Assembly (NCBI GenBank): GCA_963818645.1
Contig: CAWFTF010000025.1
Span: forward strand, 32,828-96,827
DNA length: 64,000 nt
From: an uncultured Acidobacteriota bacterium
GTDB taxonomy: Bacteria > Acidobacteriota > Vicinamibacteria > Vicinamibacterales > UBA2999
Direction of reading: 5' to 3'
The notes under the pieces are model-generated. The model did no database searches and was not told the DNA's origin. It saw only the letters and a list, made by a program, of their open reading frames with translations. Both the position numbers and the translations under genes were made by a program. Below are positions 38,756 to 48,110 of this stretch, one piece after another (position 1 is the first letter of the stretch; each line of letters starts with the position of its first letter).

Positions 38756-39416
38756 ATGATCACGGAGGTTCAGGCCGACGAGGGGAGCGTCAACTGGTCG
38801 CGGGTGGCAGCGTTGTTCGAGGATCGATACGGCGCTGGATCGGCCGAGCGGCTCATCTCGATGCTCGAGCAGCCGTGCGTGACGTTTGCGCGCATCGCCA
38901 GCCGAGTTCGGTGTCACCCGTGAATGCGTCCGACTGTGGCATCAGCGCCTGTTGCCGGACGCGCCACGTGGGCATCAGCGACAGCAGTTGTGCCGCGAGC
39001 ATCAGATGAAGCGGCGATTGCTCGAGGACGCGCTGTTCCTCAGGTTCTATCGCCACATCCGATCGTCGGTGCCGCACCAGCGCGTCACCCTGATCCCGTC
39101 ACGCGACGGGTTTCGCAAGCGCACGGTGCGTATCGATGGCCGTACGATCGCGCTCAGGCGTGCGCGTCGGAACAGTGCGTGGCGCGGCTCGAACAACGGG
39201 ACTGTCTATACCCTGACGAGCAGTCCTGCCGGCGCGGATCTCTTGTATTACGAGCTCTCGTCCGAGGACTACCTGCTTGTTCCACGAGAGGCTCTGCCCG
39301 TTGGAATCGTCACGTACGTCGACACGGACGCATCAACGTATCAGCGTTTCAAGAACACCTTGGCAGCGCTTTCGCGACCGTCTAGCCTTCAGGTCGAATG
39401 GGCTCGGCGGGGGTGA
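38756..39416 (+). pseudogene. hypothetical protein with putative HTH segment, one frameshift
   Basis: MITEVQADEGSVNW...CVTFARIAS (frame 1) continues as EFGVTRECVRLWHQRLLP... (frame 2) near 38902. No family recognised. Confidence 0.5.
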
Positions 39417-40290
39417 TTCGAGAGCGAGCGAGCTCCTCGTTGCGTTTGACCTGGGGCAATTGCACCGAGAAGAAACGATAGAGAAGCCACGAGTCGAGCA
39501 GGCCCACTGCCACGAGCACGAGATATGCGAGATTGCTCTGCACGAGGCCGAGGTCCTTGAGCAGCGTCGACAAGCCGAAGCCGACGATCCACGCATCGAA
39601 GCTCATACACAAGCGACGGAAGGTTTCCGGGCGGATTCGCTGGATGATGTAGGCGCCGATCGGTACGCCAATCGCAATGCTTGGCAGGATGTACGGGATG
39701 AGCGCCATACTCTGCACCGTGTAGAGTCCGGCGTAGGCATACGCGATCGCAGTGAAGCTCGATTCCGCCAGCCGGATGAAGCCGAGTGCGGCGCGAAAGT
39801 CTCTCTGCGTCAGGCCCTGGTTGCTCAGCATCACCGCCAGCGGTGGCCCTGAGATCGTGGTGACCGAGTAGAGCACGCCGACGCCGCCGCCGAACACCAA
39901 CCCGACCGACCGCTCGGACTTGATCGGCCTTCGATACCCGGCCGCCTGAAACAGGATCAACGGCAGCAGAACGATGAACGTGCCGAACCGGAGCCAGCCC
40001 GGGTTGACGATCGACACAATCGCGGTGCCGAGGATGACGCCCGGCAGCAGACCGATCACGATCGGCAGCACGCGCCGCCACACGCGAGGCAGTGCGTCCC
40101 GATTCACCCATAGCACGTAGGCGTTGAGGGCGACTTCGATCGGGATGAGTGCCGGGTTGAGAACGCGGTTGGTCAGGAAGAGCAGCGCGATCGGAACGGT
40201 GATCGACGAGAACCCGTAACCAAGGGCACCGTTGACGATAGCCGCGCCGAGCGTGATGAAGACGAGTGCGAGCTGAGCAGGGTCCATCAC
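39382..40290 (-). CDS. TauE/SafE family sulfite/anion exporter
   Basis: N-terminus LGAAIVNGALGYGFSSITVPIALLF and 8 TM helices with internal duplication, typical of DUF81/TauE. Confidence 0.85.
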   Translation of the reverse strand: MMDPAQLALVFITLGAAIVNGALGYGFSSITVPIALLFLTNRVLNPALIPIEVALNAYVLWVNRDALPRVWRRVLPIVIGLLPGVILGTAIVSIVNPGWLRFGTFIVLLPLILFQAAGYRRPIKSERSVGLVFGGGVGVLYSVTTISGPPLAVMLSNQGLTQRDFRAALGFIRLAESSFTAIAYAYAGLYTVQSMALIPYILPSIAIGVPIGAYIIQRIRPETFRRLCMSFDAWIVGFGLSTLLKDLGLVQSNLAYLVLVAVGLLDSWLLYRFFSVQLPQVKRNEELARSRITPAEPIRPEG

Positions 40291-40360
40291 GTCGTGAGCC
40301 AGCCAGTCTTGCGTGTTTGTCGCGACTCTGTCAACGCCTGCACCGTTTGACGTCGAACAT

Positions 40361-41432
40361 TCATTCGGACTCGTCCACGGTGTGATGCTGCCGATACTGG
40401 CGCCAGTCGATCTTCAGCTTCCGCATGCGCGCGCGCAGCGTATGCGGGTTGATCTCGAGCAGGCGCGCCGCCCCGTGCCGCCCCTCGACCCGGCCGCCGG
40501 TCGCCTCGAGCGCAGCCTCGATGTGCTGTCGAATGACGACGTCGAGCGGCGCAAGGCGGGACGGCGCCGTCTCGCTCGATCGCACCGGAGCGGGAGCCGA
40601 TGCCCTCGGGTCCTGGCCGAGTGCGCCCGCAACGTTGAGCGCTTTCCCCTGACCGATTAACACCGCGCGGTCCATCACCGCGGCCATCTCGCGCACGTTA
40701 CCCGGCCACTGATACTCGGCCAGCAACTTCACGTCACTGTCCGAGACCGGCACCGGACGAAGACCGAAGCGGTTTGCCGCGAGCTCCGCGAAGTACTCGG
40801 CAAACGCACGGATATCGCTCGGGCGATCGCGCAGCGGCGGGATCACGATCGGAAACACCGAGAGGCGATAGTACAGGTCTTCGCGAAACGTCTGCTGTTC
40901 GACCATGCTGGGCAGATGGCGGTGCGTGGCGGCCACGATTCGCACGTTCACTTTGACCGGCCGCTCTCCGCCGACGCGAACCAGCTCGGATTCCTGGACC
41001 ACGCGCAGCAGGCGGACTTGCGCCGCGAGGTGCAAGCTCGCCGACTTCGTCGAGAAACAGCGTGCCGCCGTCGGCCTGCTCGAACCAGCCTTTGCGCCGG
41101 GCCACTGCACCAGTGAAGGCGCCCTGCTCGTGGCCGAACAGTTCCGAATCGATGAGTTCGGCAGGAATCGCTCCACAGTTGACGCGGCGGAATGGGCCGT
41201 GCCGGAACGGCGAGTGTTCGTGGATTGCGCGGGCGATGATCTCCTTGCCGGTTCCGGTCTCACCGAACACCAACACCGGCGCGGCACTGCGGGAAACGAT
41301 GCGGGCCCGCGCCATCACCGCCGCCAATCCTGTGTCGCCGCCGATCAGCCGCTCCTCGCCCGCGCGAGTGTCGCCATTGATGAGCACGGCAGGAGCCAGC
41401 CGCGTCGGAGCTATCTTCTGTTTCTGTGACAT
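40361..41432 (-). pseudogene. sigma-54-dependent transcriptional activator (AAA+ plus Fis-type HTH, no sensory domain), one frameshift
   Basis: GETGTGKE Walker A, GAFTGA loop and [12 protein letters not shown] (frame 1). Then [18 protein letters not shown]...RIVAATHR...WPGNVREM and a C-terminal HTH (AARLLEINPHTLRARMRKL) in frame 2. The switch is near 41035. Confidence 0.85.
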
Positions 41433-41483
41433 ATGACAGATATCGACTGGCTATTATTACAGAAAATCTGTCTTATTTAACAG
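41424..41483. promoter_or_regulatory. AT-rich segment with two CTGT-N8-ACAG dyads (candidate activator binding sites)
   Basis: ctgtgacatatgacag (41424-41439, overlapping the activator ATG) and ctgtcttatttaacag (41468-41483), plus acagaaaatctgt between them. The local AT-richness is unique in the window. Confidence 0.45.
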
Positions 41484-41532
41484 AAGTAGATGATTCCGGG
41501 TCTGGGAAGTCAAATTCCACGGAAAACCCGCA

Positions 41533-41548
41533 CGGTCCAGGTCTTGCC
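41533..41548 (+). promoter_or_regulatory. candidate sigma-54 (-24/-12) promoter
   Basis: cGGtccaggtcTTGCc has GG (41534-35) and TTGC (41544-47) at exactly the TGGCAC-N5-TTGC spacing. The -24 flank is weak. It lies ~240 nt upstream of ATG 41787 and ~50 nt downstream of the dyads. Confidence 0.35.
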
Positions 41549-41786
41549 TCTTGCCCATGCGATGTCTCCGCTCGCCCATCGATGTCCCTGTCGTCCCACG
41601 TCGTGTCGGTGCGCATGTATGACGCCGACGACCACCGGGTGGTAAGCGACCTCCGCTAGTTCGGTCCGCCCCCACCCTCTGCCCCGGTCGATCGGCTCAC
41701 CAGTTCACGTCACACACACGTTGCTGTGCGCAGGCACGCACAGCAGTTTCGGGGCGCCGATCGGTGCATCGGCCAGAGGAGATTCG

Positions 41787-44372
41787 ATGTTTCGCAGAGT
41801 GTTCATGTTGTCCGCGGTGCTGCTCGCCGGGTTGATTCCCGCGACAGCCAGCGCTCAGACCGCGGCCGCTGTCGGCGGTGTGGTTCGTGACTCGTCCGGC
41901 GGTGCCATCCCCGGTGCGACGGTTCGCGTGATTAACGAAGCCACCGGCGCCGCGCAGGAAGCCGTCAGCGACGCAGAGGGCCGCTATCAAGTGACCGACC
42001 TGGCTCCCGGCCAGTATCGCGTGGAGGCGGCGCTCGACGGATTCGAGCCGGCCGTTGCTCGTGGTGCCGTCGACGGACGCCAGGCGGCGAAGATCGACGT
42101 GACGCTGACGCCTGCTCGATTCACGGAAGGCGTGGTCGTGACGGCTCGTCGTGTCGAAGAGGCGGCTCAGGAAGTTCCCATTCCGGTGTCGGTGTTGAGT
42201 GGCGAGCTTGTCGCCAACGCCGGCGCGTTCAACGTGAATCGCGTGAAGGAACTGATTCCGACCGTCCAGTTCTATTCGTCCAATCCACGCAACTCCGCGG
42301 TCACCATTCGTGGCATCGGTTCACCGTTCGGCCTCACCAACGACGGCATCGAGGCCGGCGTCGGCCTCTACATCGACGGCGTGTTCTACGCGCGTCCGGC
42401 GTCGGCCACGCTCGACTTTCTCGACGTCGCGCAGGTTGAAGTGTTGCGCGGACCGCAGGGGACGCTCTTCGGCAAGAACACGACGGCGGGTGCCATCAAC
42501 GTGACCAGCAAGCGGCCCACGTTCACGCCGGAATCGAACATCGAGCTGGCCTATGGCAGTTACGACTTCGTTCAGGCGAAGGCTTCGGTGTCAGGCGGGT
42601 TCAATGAGAAGGTCGCCGGACGGGTCTCGTTCTCGGGCACCGGGCGCGACGGGTTCATCTTCAACACCGCCGAGCAGGCGAAGACGAACACGCTGAACAA
42701 TCTGGGCTTCCGTGGTCAATTGCTCGTCCTGCCGTCCAAGCAGGTGGCCATCAACGCCTCGGTCGATCACACGCGGCAGCGCCCGAATGGGTATGCACAG
42801 GTGATTGCGGGTGTGGCGCCGACGCTTCGACCGGCCAACCGGCAGTGGGCGCAGATCGTCTCCGATCTCAACTACACGCCGCCGAGCTACAACGCGTTCG
42901 ATCGCCTGACGGACACCGACACGAGCTGGCAGTCCAACCAGGATCTCGGTGGCGGCTCGGCCACGATCGACTGGACGGTGGGACGAGGACGGATCACGTC
43001 GCAGACCGCCTACCGATACTGGAACTGGGATCCATCCAATGACCGCGACTTCATCGGCCTGCCGGTGACGACGATCTCGGCCGGCACCTCGAAGCAGCGC
43101 CAGTGGACGCAGGAGGTCCGGTATGCGGGGCCGCTGTCCTCGCGCTTCAATCTGGTCACCGGCATCTTCGCGTTCCACCAGGGCATCGACTCCAATCCGG
43201 TGATTAAGCAGGAGCAGGGATCGGCGGCGGCGCGTTTCCTCCTGGCGCCGAGTGCCGCCGCGGCGACGCCCGGCCTTCTCGATGGATACGGATTCGATCA
43301 ATATCTGAAATTCCGCAATATGAGCGCAGCGGCGTTTGGTCAACTCGAATGGCTCGTCACCGATCGCCTTCGCATCCTCCCGGGCCTGCGCTTCAACTAC
43401 GACCAGAAGGACGTGGACTTCAACCAGACCGTCTATGGCGGACTCCAGACGACGAATCCGGCGCTCGTCGCGCTGAAGCTCTCGGTCCTCGCGCCGCAGG
43501 CATACACCGCCGACGTCGATGACACGAACACCTCCGGGCAGCTGACGGTGGCATACAAGGTCACCCCGGCCGTGAACACCTACGGCACATACTCGACCGG
43601 CTTCAAGTCCGTCGGCCTCAACCTGAATGGTGTGCCGACGGATGCGCTCGGCAACCCAGTTCTTTCAGCAGCGGTGATCAAGCCGGAAGACGCACGTCAC
43701 GTGGAGTTCGGCGTGAAGACCGAGTTCCACCCCGGTTACACCGCGAACTTCACGGTCTTCAACACCAGGATCAAGGACTACCAGACGCAGGTCGTGAATG
43801 CGCAGGTCGGCGTGTTACGTGGCTACCTGGCGAACGCCGAGAAGGTGCGTGTGAGAGGCGCCGAATTCGACGGCAGCGCACGGATCAACAAACGGCTCTC
43901 GTTCTATGGCGCCGCCGCCTATACCGACGGTATCTACGTCTCGTTCCCCGACGCGCCGCCGCCGCTCGAAGAGACCGGCGGTCCACAGGTAAAGGACATC
44001 TCCGGCTCCGTGCTCCCCGGCATCTCGAGGTGGGCACTCACGTTCGGTGGTGAATACAACAAGCCGGCCACTGTCTTCGGCCAGAACGGCGAGTTCTTCG
44101 GCGCCGTCGACAGCAGCTATCGAACCGAGTTCTCGTCGAGCCCGTCCGCGTCGCGCTACATGATGGTGGACGGCTATGGACTGGTCAACCTGCGGACCGG
44201 GTATCGCTGGAACGATGGTTGGTCGGTATTCCTCTGGTCGCGCAATCTGCTCGACAAGCAATACTACGAGATCCTCTCGGCGCAGCCGGGGAACTCCGGA
44301 TTGATCGTCGGCTTGCCCGGAGACCCGCGCACGATCGGCCTGACCGTGCGCATGAATCTTCGCTCGAAATAG
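41787..44372 (+). CDS. TonB-dependent receptor with N-terminal carboxypeptidase-regulatory-like domain
   Basis: Signal peptide, GGVVRDSSGGAIPGATVRVINEATG...GRYQVTDLAPGQYRV, TonB-box-like EGVVVTA, plug (VEVLRGPQGTLFGKNTTAGAINV) and a 22-strand-size barrel. Confidence 0.9.
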   Translation: MFRRVFMLSAVLLAGLIPATASAQTAAAVGGVVRDSSGGAIPGATVRVINEATGAAQEAVSDAEGRYQVTDLAPGQYRVEAALDGFEPAVARGAVDGRQAAKIDVTLTPARFTEGVVVTARRVEEAAQEVPIPVSVLSGELVANAGAFNVNRVKELIPTVQFYSSNPRNSAVTIRGIGSPFGLTNDGIEAGVGLYIDGVFYARPASATLDFLDVAQVEVLRGPQGTLFGKNTTAGAINVTSKRPTFTPESNIELAYGSYDFVQAKASVSGGFNEKVAGRVSFSGTGRDGFIFNTAEQAKTNTLNNLGFRGQLLVLPSKQVAINASVDHTRQRPNGYAQVIAGVAPTLRPANRQWAQIVSDLNYTPPSYNAFDRLTDTDTSWQSNQDLGGGSATIDWTVGRGRITSQTAYRYWNWDPSNDRDFIGLPVTTISAGTSKQRQWTQEVRYAGPLSSRFNLVTGIFAFHQGIDSNPVIKQEQGSAAARFLLAPSAAAATPGLLDGYGFDQYLKFRNMSAAAFGQLEWLVTDRLRILPGLRFNYDQKDVDFNQTVYGGLQTTNPALVALKLSVLAPQAYTADVDDTNTSGQLTVAYKVTPAVNTYGTYSTGFKSVGLNLNGVPTDALGNPVLSAAVIKPEDARHVEFGVKTEFHPGYTANFTVFNTRIKDYQTQVVNAQVGVLRGYLANAEKVRVRGAEFDGSARINKRLSFYGAAAYTDGIYVSFPDAPPPLEETGGPQVKDISGSVLPGISRWALTFGGEYNKPATVFGQNGEFFGAVDSSYRTEFSSSPSASRYMMVDGYGLVNLRTGYRWNDGWSVFLWSRNLLDKQYYEILSAQPGNSGLIVGLPGDPRTIGLTVRMNLRSK

Positions 44373-44427
44373 CGCGTCGGCGCGGGCGGTGCTTGCGTGT
44401 TGCTCGCGTCCGCGCCACCATGTCGAG

Positions 44428-45687
44428 ATGTCGTTCGACGGTAGCAACCGAATCTGGCAACACGCGAGCGCGTTCGCCGCGCTGATGGTCATCGCGCTGA
44501 CCGTGGCGGCGTGCACCTCGCCGCCACCACCGGTGCCGCCTGCCGCGACCACCGCCGCAAAAACGTTCGTCGGGTCGGCCGCGTGCGAATCGTGCCATCG
44601 CGACGAATACAGCAGATGGAAGGACACGCTCATGGCGCGTGTCGTCCTCGATCCGGCACAGCATCCAGATGCTGTGCTGGGCGATTTCTCCACGCCGAAT
44701 CCGCTCGTCACGTTCAAGAAGGAAGAGGTGGCGTTCATCTACGGTACGAAGTGGAAGCAGCGCTACTTCACCAAACGCGGAGACGACTACTTCGTGTTCC
44801 CCGCGCAGTGGGACATCCAGGCAAAGACGTGGCGGCGCTACTACGTCGAGCCGGGAACGGACTGGTGGGCCGAGCATTACCCAGCCGACCAGATGCAGAG
44901 ACCGACGGGTCCTCTCTGCGACGGCTGTCATTCGGTCAACTACGACATCAAGACCAAGCAGGTGACGGAGTGGAACGTCGGTTGTGAGAAGTGTCACGGC
45001 GCCGGAAGCCTGCACGTGCAGAATCCGGTAGCCTCGACCATCGTCAATCCCGCGAAGCTCCAGGGCGACCGGGCCGACGATGTGTGTCTGCAGTGTCATA
45101 CGCAGGGTCAGCCACGCACGAAACCGCTCGAGGGCGTCTACTACGACTGGCCGGTGGGTTATCAACCGGGCGATCGACTCAGCGACGTCTGGATGCTCGA
45201 AGAGCATCACCTCGGCAAGGAGACGTTCACGCACTGGCCCGACGGTCACGCACACAAGAACCGGATGCAGGGAAACGACTTCGTGCAGAGTCAGATGTCG
45301 TTGAAAGGCGTGCGCTGTTACGGATGCCACGACGTGCACGGCACGCCGAATGAGGCTGACCTGCGGTTGCCGGGAAATGCGGTCTGCTTACAGTGTCATG
45401 ATCCCCGGCGACAGCCGGGCCCACCTGGAACGCTGGAGCAACATACGCAGCACGCGGCCAACAGTGAAGGCAGCAAATGCATCGCGTGTCATATGCCGCT
45501 CATCGCGCGGACTGTCGGCACGGTGAACGTTCGCAGTCACACGTTCAAGTTCATTTCCCCGAGCACGACTCTGCAGAATGGCGTGCCCAATCCCTGCACG
45601 TCGTGCCACAAGGACCGCACGCCGCAGTGGGCGAGCGACGCGTTGAAGAAATGGCCGGGGGTTTCCGCATGGCGCGTCGGCGGTTAG
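44428..45687 (+). CDS. octahaem c-type cytochrome, probable lipoprotein
   Basis: Eight CxxCH motifs (CESCH, CDGCH, CEKCH, CLQCH, CYGCH, CLQCH, CIACH, CTSCH). Lipobox LTVAAC. Start ATG 44428 within ORF 44389..45687. Confidence 0.9.
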   Translation: MSFDGSNRIWQHASAFAALMVIALTVAACTSPPPPVPPAATTAAKTFVGSAACESCHRDEYSRWKDTLMARVVLDPAQHPDAVLGDFSTPNPLVTFKKEEVAFIYGTKWKQRYFTKRGDDYFVFPAQWDIQAKTWRRYYVEPGTDWWAEHYPADQMQRPTGPLCDGCHSVNYDIKTKQVTEWNVGCEKCHGAGSLHVQNPVASTIVNPAKLQGDRADDVCLQCHTQGQPRTKPLEGVYYDWPVGYQPGDRLSDVWMLEEHHLGKETFTHWPDGHAHKNRMQGNDFVQSQMSLKGVRCYGCHDVHGTPNEADLRLPGNAVCLQCHDPRRQPGPPGTLEQHTQHAANSEGSKCIACHMPLIARTVGTVNVRSHTFKFISPSTTLQNGVPNPCTSCHKDRTPQWASDALKKWPGVSAWRVGG

Positions 45688-46385
45688 CCGCGTCTCTCGT
45701 GAGCGCCGCGTGTGTGGCCCTTCCGACGCCGGCGGCCGCGCAGGACGAGCCGCGCTGCGTGGTTCTGTGCGCCCCGGAGCTCAAGATCGAGCCGACGTGG
45801 ACCATCGAGAATCTCGGCGGCCGGCGCCGTATCGAGGTGAATGGGGAGGTCGAGTCGGTCGGCGTCGAGTCGGCGTTCGAGCTCGTGCTCGCGTTGGATG
45901 TGCCCACCACGATTCCACGCGTGGGGTTCACGTTCGAGGCGATCTTCAGCCCGTTCGGCTCGACCAGCGTGCATCCGTTCACGGGTGTCCCGGCCGCAGA
46001 CGTGGGCCGTGATTCGATCCGCGACAACGGCGTCGAGATCGAAACCGAATTCAACTTCAATCTGTTCGAGGCCGAACAGACCGGCGGCTGGATCTCGTCC
46101 CACTTCGACGTCGTCGATCAGTTCAGCCCGGGCGAGACGCCGAGAGCGGGCAGCACCTACACGCACAAGCTCGACTTCGAGTGGGACACCGCTTTTCACC
46201 TGTTCAACAGGTTGTCAAAGGGGCACTGGCTTCGGAATGTCGAGGCTGAGGTGTCGCTCGACTATCTCGCGACAGGTCTGCCCAAAGCAGGCGACATCAT
46301 CGGCGACGAACGGTTTCTGGACGACGCCAGCCCGTGGTCGTTCGCTGTACTCATGATCATTCCGCTCGCGCCACTCGCGCCCTGA
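45669..46385 (+). CDS. secreted hypothetical beta-rich protein
   Basis: MARRRLAASLVSAACVALPTPAAAQ signal and an alternating-polarity sequence. Overlaps the cytochrome 3' end by 19 nt. Confidence 0.65.
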   Translation: MARRRLAASLVSAACVALPTPAAAQDEPRCVVLCAPELKIEPTWTIENLGGRRRIEVNGEVESVGVESAFELVLALDVPTTIPRVGFTFEAIFSPFGSTSVHPFTGVPAADVGRDSIRDNGVEIETEFNFNLFEAEQTGGWISSHFDVVDQFSPGETPRAGSTYTHKLDFEWDTAFHLFNRLSKGHWLRNVEAEVSLDYLATGLPKAGDIIGDERFLDDASPWSFAVLMIIPLAPLAP

Positions 46386-46394
46386 GAGGACACG

Positions 46395-46860
46395 ATGGCG
46401 CTACTCCCGTCCTGGGCCCCGAATCTCCATCCGCTCGTGATCCATTTTCCGATCGCCCTCATCATCGTTGCGGCGTTCGCGGACCTCGTCGACTCGCTGT
46501 TTGGCCGCCCACAGTGGCTCGCGTCCGCAGCCACGACGCTGTTCGCGTTGGGAGCTGCGGGCGCCATCGTCGCCTGCCTGAGCGGGCAACAGGCACTCGA
46601 GACGGTGCTGATGCCCGGCATGGCTCATCCCATCGTCGAATCGCATCGCACGTGGGCGCTTGCGACGACATTCTATTTCTCGCCTGTTGACGCTGATTCG
46701 AGTGGGCGCCGCATACCGCGCTCCTCTGGCACGTCGCTATCGTTTCGTGCTGCTGATTGCTTCGCTCGTCGGAGTCGCCGGGCTCCAGCAAACGGCCGAG
46801 CGTGGCGGACGGCTGGTGTTCGAGCAGGGCGTGGGTGTGATTGGATCGAGTCTGCGATGA
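46395..46860 (+). pseudogene. DUF2231-like membrane protein, one frameshift
   Basis: LHPLVIHFPIALIIVAAF and TM helices in frame 1. The C-terminus (...LLIASLVGVAGLQQTAERGGRLVFEQGVGV) is in the ORF 46660..46860 frame. The switch is near 46680. Confidence 0.7.
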
Positions 46861-47597
46861 CGCGATCGGAGGAGCTGATGCGCAGAACATTCATGATCAT
46901 CGGAATCGTCGTGCTCACTTCGATGGCTGCTCAGCAGGCACCGAATCCTCGTCAGCAACCTGGCGCGACGGTGACGATGTTCGCCCCGGAGCAGCACGAT
47001 CTGTACGACGGCCACTTCATCCTCTCGGCGTCGCGCGTCTACATGGTTGGCGGGCTCAACGATGCACCCGGCTGGGATCACATGGACAATGCCGCGGCGA
47101 CCTTGAGACCCGCGGCAGGGACCGTGGAGATCGATGTCGACGAGATCAAGAACACGGGGCGCTTCGAGGCGCGGCTGAAGGTTCCCGAAGGCGATCTGGT
47201 GCTGGCGTTCGATCGATTTCGCGAGTTCAACCCCTGTCAGAACGGCGGGATCGTCGCGGCCCTGCACGAGCACGGTACCGACTCGGGCTGCGGGGACAAC
47301 AACTGGCCGAAGACGTTTGTCTATCTCGCCGGATGGGGCGACGGGCATGCGACGCTCAACGGCAAGCCGCTGTACCAGGACTACGAGATGCACTTCATGG
47401 TCACGCAGGGGATTCGCGACCGGAAGACGCTGAAGGTGGCGTACCCCCTTGACGGCAAGAAGCTGCCGGGCGGGGAAGTGAATCCCGCGACGCAGCAGAT
47501 CGACTTCTACATCCGCAGTCCGAAAATGGATCAGCGGAACAAGCCTGCGCGCGAGGTCTTCATGCATTTCTTCGGTATGGAGGTGACCTGGAAGTAA
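46857..47597 (+). CDS. secreted hypothetical protein
   Basis: ATGA overlap with the preceding gene. Signal anchor MRRTFMIIGIVVLTSMAAQQ. 246 aa, no recognised family. Confidence 0.65.
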   Translation: MTRSEELMRRTFMIIGIVVLTSMAAQQAPNPRQQPGATVTMFAPEQHDLYDGHFILSASRVYMVGGLNDAPGWDHMDNAAATLRPAAGTVEIDVDEIKNTGRFEARLKVPEGDLVLAFDRFREFNPCQNGGIVAALHEHGTDSGCGDNNWPKTFVYLAGWGDGHATLNGKPLYQDYEMHFMVTQGIRDRKTLKVAYPLDGKKLPGGEVNPATQQIDFYIRSPKMDQRNKPAREVFMHFFGMEVTWK

Positions 47598-47609
47598 GGT
47601 ATTGACCAC

Positions 47610-48110
47610 ATGGAGCCGTTCTTTGTGTGGCTCGAGGCCACGTCTCTCAGTACCTGGCTTCGCGAGTCACCGTCGTTGTGGGCCTTTCCCTTCGTGCTGA
47701 TTCTCCACACGGTGGGGCTGGCGTTCTTCGTCGGCACGAACGTCGCGTGGGACGTTCGCGTGCTCGGCTTCAGCCTGGGCATCCCGCTCGAGGCTTTACG
47801 GCGCTACTTCCTGGTGATGTGGGCCGGCTTCTGGATCAACGCCTTTTCCGGCGTCCTGCTGCTCATCGCCTATCCGACCAAGGCGCTGACCAATCCGCTC
47901 TTCTACGCGAAGCTTGCGCTCATCGCGTTCGGAGTCGTGCTGGCGTTTCGGATTCGTCGAGAGGTGAACGGGCTCGCCGCGCCCGCTGACGCCCCTCCGA
48001 TGGCAAGGATGCTCGCGGCGGTATCGCTCGCGTGCTGGATCGCCGTCATCTTCGCGGGCCGACTGCTTGCGTATACGTGCACGCGTCTGACGGTGGACTT
48101 CCCGTGCTAG
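47610..48110 (+). CDS. small 4-TM membrane protein (tandem paralogue 1)
   Basis: 166 aa; WAFPFVLILHTVGLAFFVGTNVAWDVRVLGF resembles PIFESLHFLGMSLLLGTVGVFDLRLLGF of the next gene. Confidence 0.7.
   Translation: MEPFFVWLEATSLSTWLRESPSLWAFPFVLILHTVGLAFFVGTNVAWDVRVLGFSLGIPLEALRRYFLVMWAGFWINAFSGVLLLIAYPTKALTNPLFYAKLALIAFGVVLAFRIRREVNGLAAPADAPPMARMLAAVSLACWIAVIFAGRLLAYTCTRLTVDFPC

Noticed and set aside
38669-41432. tRNA-Cys-associated genomic island
   Set aside because: No integrase, recombinase or direct repeat of the tRNA 3' end could be found downstream. The composition looks the same as the flanks.
41721-41786. Upstream extension of the TonB-dependent receptor ORF, and a GGCACG-N4-GCAG motif as a sigma-54 promoter
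   Set aside because: The signal peptide starts at ATG 41787, which is preceded by agaggag. In the ggcacgcacagcag motif the GG-to-GC spacing is two nt short of the -24/-12 rule.
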